Source of the DNA: an uncultured Acidimicrobiia bacterium
GTDB lineage: Bacteria; Actinomycetota; Acidimicrobiia; IMCC26256; PALSA-555
Assembly (NCBI GenBank): GCA_963720675.1
Contig: CAVRGH010000003.1
Span: 175,503 to 239,502, forward strand
DNA: 64,000 bases
Reading direction: 5' to 3'
Shown here: piece after piece, positions 37,716-46,820 of the stretch
Position numbering within the stretch: the stretch's first letter is position 1
Layout: every line of letters begins with the position of its first letter
Position numbers and translations under genes: made by a program
Notes under the pieces: model-generated
Told to the model about the DNA's origin: nothing
The model's database searches: none
Seen by the model: the letters and a program-made list of their open reading frames with translations, nothing else

Positions 37716-37913
37716 CGGGTGCCCCAACCCTCGTCGTCGCCGTGTGTGCGGTCGCCGCCCGTCCGCGGCCCCACCGCGGGAACCGCGGCAACCTAGCGCA
37801 GCGAGTGCCCGATCGCCGAGCGACTCCGGCGCCCGCCCGCCCGGTACGATCGCCCCATCGATACTCCGAGCACGTCCTCTTCTTCTGCCGCCGCGGGCAT
37901 CCCCCTCGTCGAG

Positions 37914-39272
37914 GTGCGCCAGCCGAAGTGCAAGCCGCTGGTCATCGCCGTGCGGGACGTGGTCGACATCGGACGCGACTGCGACGGGCTGCTCCTGTCG
38001 GACCCCGAGGTATCGCGTCGCCACGTCTCCCTGACCCTCGACGGCGATGCCGTGGTGCTCGAGGATCTCGGGAGCACCAACGGAACCATGCTCAACGGAA
38101 CGACGATCACCGGCCCCGTGCACCTCGACGAGGGAGACGTCGCGCTCCTCGGCCGAACCGAGCTGCAGCTCTTGGCGGTCACCGGCCGCGGCCGCCCGGT
38201 GCGCAAGCCGATGCCCATCAGCGGGGCGGTCACGGGCGTCGTGACCGACCCCCGCAGCTCGCCGGCGGCCGGGGCCGTCGTGCGGGGGAAGGCCGACACC
38301 TCCGGCGCCCGCATGACCTCGATCGACGCCATGGCCGACGCGGTCGACGAGGAGCAGGCCAAGGTCGCCAAGCTCGCCGCCGGCGGCGGCACGATCACGA
38401 TCGTGTTCTCCGACATCGAGGCGTCCACCACGATGGCGATGTCGTTGGGTGACACCAAGTGGTTCGAGGTGCTCGGCGAGCACAACGAGATCATCCGCCG
38501 GAACCTCAAGGCCCACGGGGGGACCGAGATCAAGTCCCAGGGCGACGGCTTCATGCTCACGTTCCCCGGCGCCCGGGCCGCCATGCTCGCCATGATCGAC
38601 ATCCAGCGCGACCTGGCCGAGCGGGCCGCAGGTGGCACCGACGCCCCGATCCGTATCCGCATCGGGATGCACACCGGTGAGGCCATCGTCGACGCCGAGG
38701 GTGACCTCTTCGGCAAGCACATCATCATGGCGGCGCGGATCGGGGCGCTGGCCGAAGGCGGCCAGATCCTGGCGTCGTCGATCACCAAGGAGATCACGTC
38801 CAGCCGCGGCGACCTGGCGTTCGGTCCGGCGCAGGAGGTGACCCTCAAGGGCATCGAGGGCACCTACCAGGTGTACGAGGTCCTCTGGACCGATCCCGCC
38901 ACGACCGACGATCGGGACGAGCACGCCGGCCGAGTGATCCCGGGCCCGGTCGGGGCCGGATCCGGAGGTCGAGCGGACCGCATGGAACCGAGGCTCCGTA
39001 TGGAGTACCTTCTGACCACGGAGCGTGGTCGAGCCGTCGTGCACTTGGGCGCACGGCGGCAGGGACGCTCCCGAAACAGCAAGGGGTGCTGGGAGCTTGC
39101 GGTTGTCAGGGCGGCGCGCGACGCGCATGGGTGCAGCGGCATTTGCCGCCATGCTTGCTTGCCTCTCGTCGGCCGCGCTCGCGGTCGCCGCGCCCCTCAC
39201 CGACCCGTCGACGCCCGTCGGCGCGCAGGTCGGCACGCTCGACGTCACCCTCTCCGTCTCCGGGACGCCTGA
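37914..39272 (+). CDS. FHA domain - class III adenylate/guanylate cyclase fusion protein (true 3' end probably near 38.9 kb)
   Basis: The start is GTG 37914. The FHA domain reads IGRDCDGLLLSDPEVSRRHVSLTL...LEDLGSTNGTMLNG. The cyclase domain reads IVFSDIEASTT...EIKSQGDGFMLTF...RIGMHTGEAIV...LFGKHIIMAARI...LKGIEGTYQVYEVLW. Downstream of about 38900 the ORF is Arg-rich and overlaps the next gene's signal peptide. Confidence 0.85.
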   Translation: MRQPKCKPLVIAVRDVVDIGRDCDGLLLSDPEVSRRHVSLTLDGDAVVLEDLGSTNGTMLNGTTITGPVHLDEGDVALLGRTELQLLAVTGRGRPVRKPMPISGAVTGVVTDPRSSPAAGAVVRGKADTSGARMTSIDAMADAVDEEQAKVAKLAAGGGTITIVFSDIEASTTMAMSLGDTKWFEVLGEHNEIIRRNLKAHGGTEIKSQGDGFMLTFPGARAAMLAMIDIQRDLAERAAGGTDAPIRIRIGMHTGEAIVDAEGDLFGKHIIMAARIGALAEGGQILASSITKEITSSRGDLAFGPAQEVTLKGIEGTYQVYEVLWTDPATTDDRDEHAGRVIPGPVGAGSGGRADRMEPRLRMEYLLTTERGRAVVHLGARRQGRSRNSKGCWELAVVRAARDAHGCSGICRHACLPLVGRARGRRAPHRPVDARRRAGRHARRHPLRLRDA

Positions 39273-42200
39273 CCCGAACCTCGGCGAGGGTGCGCCGTAC
39301 GTCGTCGCGGTCACCTGTCGCGCGCCGGCGGGCACGGTCGCCCAAGGTTCACTGACGTTCGACGGCCCGTCGACGAAGACCGATCAGTGATCTCCCGGTC
39401 GGCGCCACGTGCACCGCGGTCGAGACCACTGACGGTGGCGCGGACTCGGTCAGCATCGACCCATCCGCCGGCGTGACGATCGACGCAGGCGCGCCGGCGA
39501 AGATCAACGTGGCGAACGCGTTCGCCCCGGCGGCCGATCCGACGACGACGACGACCTCGACGCCGCGTGCGACGAATATCGACGGCACTCCGGCGCCGAC
39601 CGCGCTCCCGGGTCCTGCTCCTCTGCCCGACGACGATGGCGTTCCCGCCTCGATCGAGAACGGGGTCCCGAACGGCGGTGACGGCAACGGAGACGGCATC
39701 GCCGACGCCGAGCAGGCGAACGTGGCGTCGCTGCCGAGCAAGTACGACGTGAACGGCGACGGCGCGTTGAACGACTACGTCACGATCGAGTCGCCGGCAG
39801 GCACGTCGATCGCGAACGCGCGCACCATGATCGTGCCCGCCGACAACCCGCCGCCGGATGGCGTCGCACTTCCCGCGGGCCTGATCGACTACGACGTCCA
39901 CGTCATCGCCCCTGGCGACCGGGCGGACGTGAAGCTCTTCCTGCCCGACGGCACGCAGAGCGCCGTCTACATGCTCCAGAACGGCCAGTGGACGAACTTC
40001 GGCAACCACTCCACCATCGACGACACCGCGAACCGGGTCACGCTGCAGCTCGCTGACGGTGGCGCGGGCGACCGGAGCGGTACCGACGGCGTGATCCACG
40101 ACCCGGTCGGTGTCGCGCAACCCGGTGCGGCGAGCACGGTCACCATCCGCAACGAAGTGTTCCCGGACGGCTCCGCGCAGTCGTTCGGCTTCACGATCCT
40201 GGATTGCGGGAGCAACTCGAACCCCGGGACCTGCACCGCGACCGGGAATGTCCCTGCCTCACCGAACAACACGGTCGCGCTCGCCGACAACAGTGAGCAC
40301 ACCTTCACGGTCGCGAACCCGAGCAACCGCTGGTTCCGGATCGGGGAAGCCGCCGTCGCGGGCTGGAGCAGGGTTGCCGTCACCTGCACCGGATCTGCCG
40401 GCGGCACGAACCAGCAGGTCGATGTCGCGAACGGCTTCGGCTTCGTCCGGCTCAACTCGTCCATCGGGGGCGCGTGCACGTTCTCGAACGCGGAGAACCA
40501 GTCGATCTCGGTCGTGAACTCGACGACGCCGAGCGGGGAGCGGTCCGTTCTCCTTCACGCTCGAGCGCTGCGGGTCGACCAATGGCGTGTGCACCATCGT
40601 CAACGGGAACGAGCCGTGGAGCCAGCTCGCGGGGACGCCGAACCTGTTGGACACGCAGGTCAACACGTGGACGGACGCGAACACCAGCAACCAGATCAAC
40701 TTCGACGAGTGGTACCGACTGCGCGAGCCGTCGCTCCCGCCGAACTGGACCCTGAGCAGCATCAGCTGTAGCGGTGGCGCGAGCGTCCAGACGAACTCGC
40801 AGAACTCGAGCGTTCCCACGAACGGTGTCGTCTTCAAGATCCAGAACACGACTGGCCAGACGGGCATCGTGTGCACGTTCAACAACGCGTTGATCGCTCC
40901 TGGGGCCGACGGCACGATCTCGATCACGAAGCAGACGACGCCTGACGGAGCACCGGAGACGTTCACGATGCGGCTGCAGCGTTGCGGCGGCAGCACCACG
41001 TCGAGCAACGCCTGTGACAGCGGCGACCCGTACGTGCCGACGGACCACCAGGCGATCTCGGATGGTCAGAGCGCCATCTGGGGCCCGGGTGCAGCGAACA
41101 TGAGCGTCCCGGGCCGCTTCGAGATCCGTGAGACCATGCCGCCGGGTTGGACGCTCGCCGACGTCGAATGCACCGGTGGCACCGGACTCACCCACGTCAC
41201 GCAGATCAACAACACGGCGAATGGCGTGACGCCTGCTCACGGTGTCCGATTCGGCGCCTCCGGTCTCACCCCAGGTGTCCAGTGCACGTTCACGAACCAG
41301 GAACCACAGCCCGGCACGATCACGGTCCACAAGGGCGGCACCCGCAACGGCGGCGGCCAGAACGGCACCAACTACGCGAACGGTCTGGGTGGCGCGTCGT
41401 TCGAGTACCAGACGTCGGCGGGGCCGACGACGACTGGCACCCCCTGTGCACGACCGACGGGTCGGGCGACTGCACCGGACCGCCCTCGCCGGTGCCCGCG
41501 GGCACCTACAACGTCCGCGAGCAGCCCGGTGGATCGCCCTCCGGGTGGACCGACGTCCCGTCACTGACCTATGGCGGGAACGGGAGCGGTGCGGGGAACT
41601 CGGCGCACCCGTACGTCGGTACCGCGACCGTGCCGCCGAACGGTGGTTCGGCCGAGGTCACGATGGCCTCGAACCCGCTCGTGAGCGGGCGCGGGCACCA
41701 GTTCATCAACATCGGAACAACCCGCCGCTGCCCACCGAGTGCGGGAGCAAGATCGCCTTGATCCTCGACCGCTCGGGATCGATCTCGGGCAGACTGCAGA
41801 GGTACCGGGATGCCGCGAACGGTTTCATCGACACGCTCGCGAACACCCCGACGCAGGTCCAGATCTACAGCTTCGGCAGCAACGCCATTGCGAACACCGG
41901 TGTGCTCGACCTCTCCCAACCCGGTGACGTCACTGCGGCCCACACCGCGATCACCAACGTCTACAACCTCTTCGGGGGCAGCGGTAACTTCGACGCCGCG
42001 TTCCAGGCGATCAGCGGCGGCTTCGACACCGCGTTCATCCTGACCGACGGGAACCCGACGAGTGGAACGGGAACGTCAACAACGCGGGGCTCCCGACGCT
42101 GAACAACATCGAGGCCAGCATCGCCTCGGCCAACACGGTGCGGACCTCGGCGCACATCATCGCCGTCGCCGCCGGAACCGGCGTCACTGCCCACCACCCT

Positions 42201-42856
42201 CCAGGTGATGTCGGGCCCCGGCGACTACGTGACGAACGGGCTCGTCGGACTCCAGCCGACGCTCGACTCGATCGCGAACGGCTGCTGCGGCGCGGATCCA
42301 CGTGAAGAAGGTCGTCGGCGACACGCCCGCGGCGGGCTGGGAGTTCACCGGCACGACGCCGAACCCCGGCGTCGAGGTGTCCTACCCGGGGGGTCAGGTC
42401 ACCGACGCCAACGGTGTGATGCGGGTGAACCTCGACTCGGTACCGCGGGCGGAGTCGACGGCGTCGAGGTCGCCGAGGATCTGGCGAGTCAACCGGGCTA
42501 CGTGTTCTCGAGCGCGAGCTGCTGGAGCGACGAGTTCAACGGATCGCGAACCGGTCGGCCGGCGTCGGTGACCGGTGGGAGCGACCCTCCGTGACGTTGC
42601 CGACCGTTCATCGGAACGAGGACGTCTACTGCACGTTCAAGAACCTCCAGTCCGGGCACATCGTCCTGCAGAAGCACACGATCGGCGGTGACGGCACCTT
42701 CCACTTCACCTCGGCCGCGCCGGTCGGGGACGCACGACATCACCACGTCGGGCGGCAACGGTCAGGCCGGACCGATCGAGGTGCCGCCGAACACGACGAC
42801 CGGGTACTCGGTGACCGAGACGGACCCGTCGCCCGGCTTCGACGTTCACCGGTCCG
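39097..42856 (+). pseudogene. N-terminal half of a giant secreted surface protein (signal peptide, prealbumin/Cna-B-like domains, Asp-rich Ca-binding-like segment, VWA domain), about 11 frame disruptions
   Basis: The signal peptide is (L)RLSGRRATRMGAAAFAAMLACLSSAALAVAAP, with the start at TTG 39097 or ATG 39127. The conserved read is continuous only with frame switches near 39378, 40541, 41412, 41713, 42060, 42183, 42293, 42441, 42585, 42727 and 42845. The VWA core reads KIALILDRSGSISG...FIDTL...VQIYSFGSNA...ILTDGNPT...IIAVAAGTGV. Repeated modules end in C-x-F-x-N (CTFSN, CTFNN, CTFTN, CTFKN). Confidence 0.7.
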
Positions 42857-45800
42857 GTGCAGTGCACCGACCCGATCGAAGGCAACGCGTCCGACGTCAG
42901 CGGCGGTCGCACCGCGGTGATCAAGGTCGACCCCGGCGAGACGGTGACGTGCACCTGGACCAATGCGAAGCGTCCGACGGTCACGGTCGAGAAGTCGAGC
43001 TCGGGTGGGGATGGGACGTTCGCGTTCGCGTTGGCGGGGTCCGGTGGTTCGACGAAGGATGTGACGACGGAGGATGGTTCGGGTTCGGCGACGTGGGGTC
43101 CGGCGGATCTGACGCCGGGTGGCACCTACACGTTGAGCGAGACGGTGTTGTCGGGTTGGGCGTCGCAGTTCACGGGGTGTGTGAACACGGCGGTGGAGGG
43201 TGATCCGGCGATCGGGACGGAGCTGGTCGAGGGTGTGGGGGTCACGTTGGACCCGCTGCCGGCCGGCGCGACGGTCGAGTGTTCGTTCACGAATGCGAAG
43301 CGTCCGACGGTCACGGTCGAGAAGTCGAGCTCGGGTGGGGATGGGACGTTCGCGTTCGCGTTGGATGGTCCGGGTGCTCCGGGGTCCCAGGATGTGACGA
43401 CGGAGGATGGTTCGGGTTCGGCGACGTGGGGTCCGGCGGATCTGACGCCGGGTGGCACCTACACGTTGAGCGAGACGGTGTTGTCGGGTTGGGCGTCGCA
43501 GTTCACGGGGTGTGTGAACACGGCGGTGGAGGGTGATCCGGCGATCGGGACGGAGCTGGTCGAGGGTGTGGGGGTCACGTTGGACCCGCTGCCGGCCGGC
43601 GCGACGGTCGAGTGTTCGTTCACGAATGCGAAGCGTCCGACGGTCACGGTCGAGAAGTCGAGCTCGGGTGGGGATGGGACGTTCGCGTTCGCGTTGGCGG
43701 GGTCCGGTGGTTCGACGAAGGATGTGACGACGGAGGATGGTTCGGGTTCGGCGTCGTGGGGTCCGGCGGATCTGACGCCGGGTGGCACCTACACGTTGAG
43801 CGAGACGGTGTTGTCGGGTTGGGCGTCGCAGTTCACGGGGTGTGTGAACACGGCGGTGGAGGGTGATCCGGCGATCGGGACGGAGCTGGTCGAGGGTGTG
43901 GGGGTCACGTTGGACCCGCTGCCGGCCGGCGCGACGGTCGAGTGTTCGTTCACGAATGCGAAGCGTCCGACGGTCACGGTCGAGAAGTCGAGCTCGGGTG
44001 GGGATGGGACGTTCGCGTTCACGTTGGATGGTCCGGGTGCTCCGGGGTCCCAGGATGTGACGACGGAGGATGGTTCGGGTTCGGCGTCGTGGGGTCCGGC
44101 GGATCTGACGCCGGGTGGCACCTACACGCTGACCGAGACGGAGGATCCGGCGTACGTGTCGACATCCACCGGGTGCACCTACTCGGTGAACGGCGAGGAG
44201 CTGGGTCCCATCGGCTCGCCTGGCGAAGGAGCGAGCGTCGACCTCGACAGCATCCCGGCGGGTGCGGACGTGACGTGCTCGTTCACCAACGTGCACAAGG
44301 CTCGGATCCAGGTGCGGAAGGTCACCGATCCCGCCGGCCAGCCCGACGAGTTCACGTTCTCCCTGAACAGCACGCCGCCGCAGCAGGTGACCGCCGCAGG
44401 CGACGACCCGAGCGCGACGGCGTTCTCGAACCTCGTGCCCGCCAACGTCGAGTACGCGGTGACGGAGACTGGCATCCCCGCGGGACCGCCCGCATGGGAC
44501 CCCAACGGTGGCGTCTGCCAGCAGGAAGTCGCGGGCGTGCTCACGGGCACCCCCGTCAACGCGGCCAGCGTGACCCCCGGGCCGGGCGAGACCTGGACGT
44601 GCACGTTCACGAACACCAAGCGCGCCACGATCACCGTGAAGAAGCAGACGACACCGTCGAGTCCCGAACAGGGCTTCGACTTCAACCTCTCCGGCGGTCC
44701 GACCGCAGCGGACCCGATCACCGGTCTCACGTCCGGCAACGCCAACGGTCAGCAGTTCGCTCCGGCTACCGGAGTGAAGCCCGGCACGTACACCGTCGCC
44801 GAGGTGAACATCGACCCCGGCTGGTACCTCGACTCGTCGTCGTGTGACCGCGCCGATGTCGCGGGTGACGATGCGGCGTCGCCCACGACCCTGCAGGTGA
44901 AGGCGGGCGAGAACTGGATCTGCACCTTCCAGGACACGAAGTACGGGCAGATCACCGTGCAGAAGGTGACGAACCCGGCGCAGGATCCGACGAACTTCGA
45001 CTTCGCGTTCACGGGGCGACCGGGCTTCCAGCTGGCCGATGGTGGGTCGCAGGCCGAGACGCTCTTGAAGCCCGGTGCGTACGACATCACCGAGACGGTG
45101 CCGAGCGGGTGGTCCTTGACCGGCGTGACCTGCGATGAGATCGCGCAGACGCCGGTGAACGGCAAGATCACGGTGAACCTGACCGCCGGGCAGAACGTCA
45201 CTTGTACCTACACGAACACGAAGCTCGGCCAGATCACCGTGCAGAAGGTGACGAACCCGGCGCAGGATCCGACGAACTTCGCGTTCGCGTTCACGGGCCG
45301 TCCGGGCTTCCAGCTCGCCGGTGGTGGGTCGCACGCCGAGCCGAACCTGCTGCCGGGTGCGTACGACATCACCGAGACGGTGCCGAGCGGGTGGTCCTTG
45401 ACCGGCGTGACGTGCGGTGAGGTCGCGCAGTCGCCAGTGAACGGCAAGATCACGGTGAACCTGTCTGCGGGGCAGGACGTGACGTGCACCTACACCAACC
45501 TGAAGCTCGCGCAGATCACGGTGCGGAAGGTGACGACGCCGGCGCAGAACCCGACGAACTTCGCGTTCGCGTTCACGGGCCGTCCCGGCTTCCAGCTCGC
45601 CGGTGGTGGGTCGCACGCCGAACCGAACCTGCTGCCGGGTGCGTACGACATCACCGAGTCCGTGCCAACCGGTTGGGTGTTGACGAGCGTGGCGTGCGAC
45701 GGCGTGCCGCAGAGCCCCGTGAACGGCAAGATCACGGTAAACGTGGCCGCGGGGCAGAGCTCGACCTGCACGTACACGAACGTGCTCAATACCGCACCGT

Positions 45801-46741
45801 TCACGGTGCTGAAGGACTTCTCCGACGGGAACCCGGCAGCGGTCTCGGTGAGCGTGCAGTGCACCGCGGGATCCGTGTTCGCCAACGACTCGAGCGCCTC
45901 GGAGGCGGACCCGGCGCGCTTCACGGTGAGCGGTTTCGTGTCGGCGGCCGCGACCACGTGCACCGCAACCGAGTCGAACGTCCCGGTCGGCTACTCGAGC
46001 TTCGGTTCCTGCAGCGCGTCCCTCGCTGCGGGCACGTGCACGATCACCAATGTCCTGAACACCGCGTCGTTCATCGTGGGGAAGGACTTCACCGACGACA
46101 ACCCGGCCGACGTGACGGTGGCCCTGGAGTGCAGCGCCGGGAACGTCACGACCGTCGATCCCACCGCGTCCGAGTCCGATCCCGCGAACTTCACGGTGAG
46201 CGGGTTCACCAACCGAGCGGCGACGACGTGCACCGCGACAGAGTCGAACGTCCCGGCCAGCTACACGGATTCGGGGCCGTGCACGGCATCCCTCGCCGAC
46301 GGCGCCTGCACGATCACCAACACGCCCGTGGTCGTGGTTGCCGGGATCGTCACCAAGGTGTCGACGGACTCGGCGTTCCTGCGTCGTGCGCTGGTCGCGG
46401 GTGAGTCGGTGCAACTGTCCGGTCGCGTTCCGGCGGACTGCAGCCCGATCCTCCGCATCGACGGCCAGACCCTGGGGCCCGTCGACACGGCCCGCAACGG
46501 CGACTTCGACCTCGCGGTGCCGACCCGAGACCTGTCGACGGGCAAGCACGTCGCGGAGGTCGCGTGTAAGAACCGCAATGCGGTGCTCGTGCGCAAGACC
46601 TTCTGGATCGCCGCGCCGATCAGCAGCTCGAACATCCTCTTCATCGCGCTGGCGTCGCTGCTGGTGCTGTTCGGGATCGGCTGGGTCGCCCTCCGGACCC
46701 TCGCCGGCAACTCCACCGAACCCCGACCCGTCGCTCCGTAG
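42857..46741 (+). CDS. C-terminal half of the giant surface protein: about 11 prealbumin/Cna-B-like repeat domains and a C-terminal TM anchor (intact 1294-codon frame)
   Basis: ORF 42857..46741 contains 4 near-identical 110/111-aa repeats, 3 repeats of ~93 aa (QITVQKVTNPAQDPTNF...TCTYTN) and 2 repeats of ~85 aa (FTVLKDFSDGNPA...CTITN). It ends in the TM helix ILFIALASLLVLFGIGWVAL. No LPXTG motif is present. The frame reads on from the upstream disrupted part (TGPVQCTDP...). Confidence 0.85.
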   Translation: MQCTDPIEGNASDVSGGRTAVIKVDPGETVTCTWTNAKRPTVTVEKSSSGGDGTFAFALAGSGGSTKDVTTEDGSGSATWGPADLTPGGTYTLSETVLSGWASQFTGCVNTAVEGDPAIGTELVEGVGVTLDPLPAGATVECSFTNAKRPTVTVEKSSSGGDGTFAFALDGPGAPGSQDVTTEDGSGSATWGPADLTPGGTYTLSETVLSGWASQFTGCVNTAVEGDPAIGTELVEGVGVTLDPLPAGATVECSFTNAKRPTVTVEKSSSGGDGTFAFALAGSGGSTKDVTTEDGSGSASWGPADLTPGGTYTLSETVLSGWASQFTGCVNTAVEGDPAIGTELVEGVGVTLDPLPAGATVECSFTNAKRPTVTVEKSSSGGDGTFAFTLDGPGAPGSQDVTTEDGSGSASWGPADLTPGGTYTLTETEDPAYVSTSTGCTYSVNGEELGPIGSPGEGASVDLDSIPAGADVTCSFTNVHKARIQVRKVTDPAGQPDEFTFSLNSTPPQQVTAAGDDPSATAFSNLVPANVEYAVTETGIPAGPPAWDPNGGVCQQEVAGVLTGTPVNAASVTPGPGETWTCTFTNTKRATITVKKQTTPSSPEQGFDFNLSGGPTAADPITGLTSGNANGQQFAPATGVKPGTYTVAEVNIDPGWYLDSSSCDRADVAGDDAASPTTLQVKAGENWICTFQDTKYGQITVQKVTNPAQDPTNFDFAFTGRPGFQLADGGSQAETLLKPGAYDITETVPSGWSLTGVTCDEIAQTPVNGKITVNLTAGQNVTCTYTNTKLGQITVQKVTNPAQDPTNFAFAFTGRPGFQLAGGGSHAEPNLLPGAYDITETVPSGWSLTGVTCGEVAQSPVNGKITVNLSAGQDVTCTYTNLKLAQITVRKVTTPAQNPTNFAFAFTGRPGFQLAGGGSHAEPNLLPGAYDITESVPTGWVLTSVACDGVPQSPVNGKITVNVAAGQSSTCTYTNVLNTAPFTVLKDFSDGNPAAVSVSVQCTAGSVFANDSSASEADPARFTVSGFVSAAATTCTATESNVPVGYSSFGSCSASLAAGTCTITNVLNTASFIVGKDFTDDNPADVTVALECSAGNVTTVDPTASESDPANFTVSGFTNRAATTCTATESNVPASYTDSGPCTASLADGACTITNTPVVVVAGIVTKVSTDSAFLRRALVAGESVQLSGRVPADCSPILRIDGQTLGPVDTARNGDFDLAVPTRDLSTGKHVAEVACKNRNAVLVRKTFWIAAPISSSNILFIALASLLVLFGIGWVALRTLAGNSTEPRPVAP
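42965..44129 (+). repeat. coding tandem repeat, units of 330/333/330/(172) nt (a-b-a-b pattern), about 99% identical between like units
   Basis: Unit starts (gcgaagcgtccgacggtcacggtcgag) are at 42965, 43295, 43628 and 43958. By eye I see about 1 substitution between the two a units and about 2 between the two b units. Confidence 0.9.
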
Positions 46742-46820
46742 CAGCCCACCGAACCGACCGGTCGCACCCGCTCGTGGCGGTCTATTCTCCGCGGGATCGG
46801 TCGATGGTTGGGAGGTGGCA

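Noticed and set aside
37716-37913. Promoter elements in the divergent kinase/FHA-cyclase intergenic region (TACGAT near 37846; three CCGCGG repeats at about 37770-37795)
   Set aside because: The hexamers are weak and unsupported by spacing to a -35 element or by conservation data. They are recorded only as candidates and were not called as features.
39378-42845. Programmed ribosomal frameshifting as the explanation for the frame switches
   Set aside because: There are too many sites. The shifts go in both directions, there are no shared slippery heptamers or downstream structures, and the same phenomenon occurs in unrelated genes across the window.
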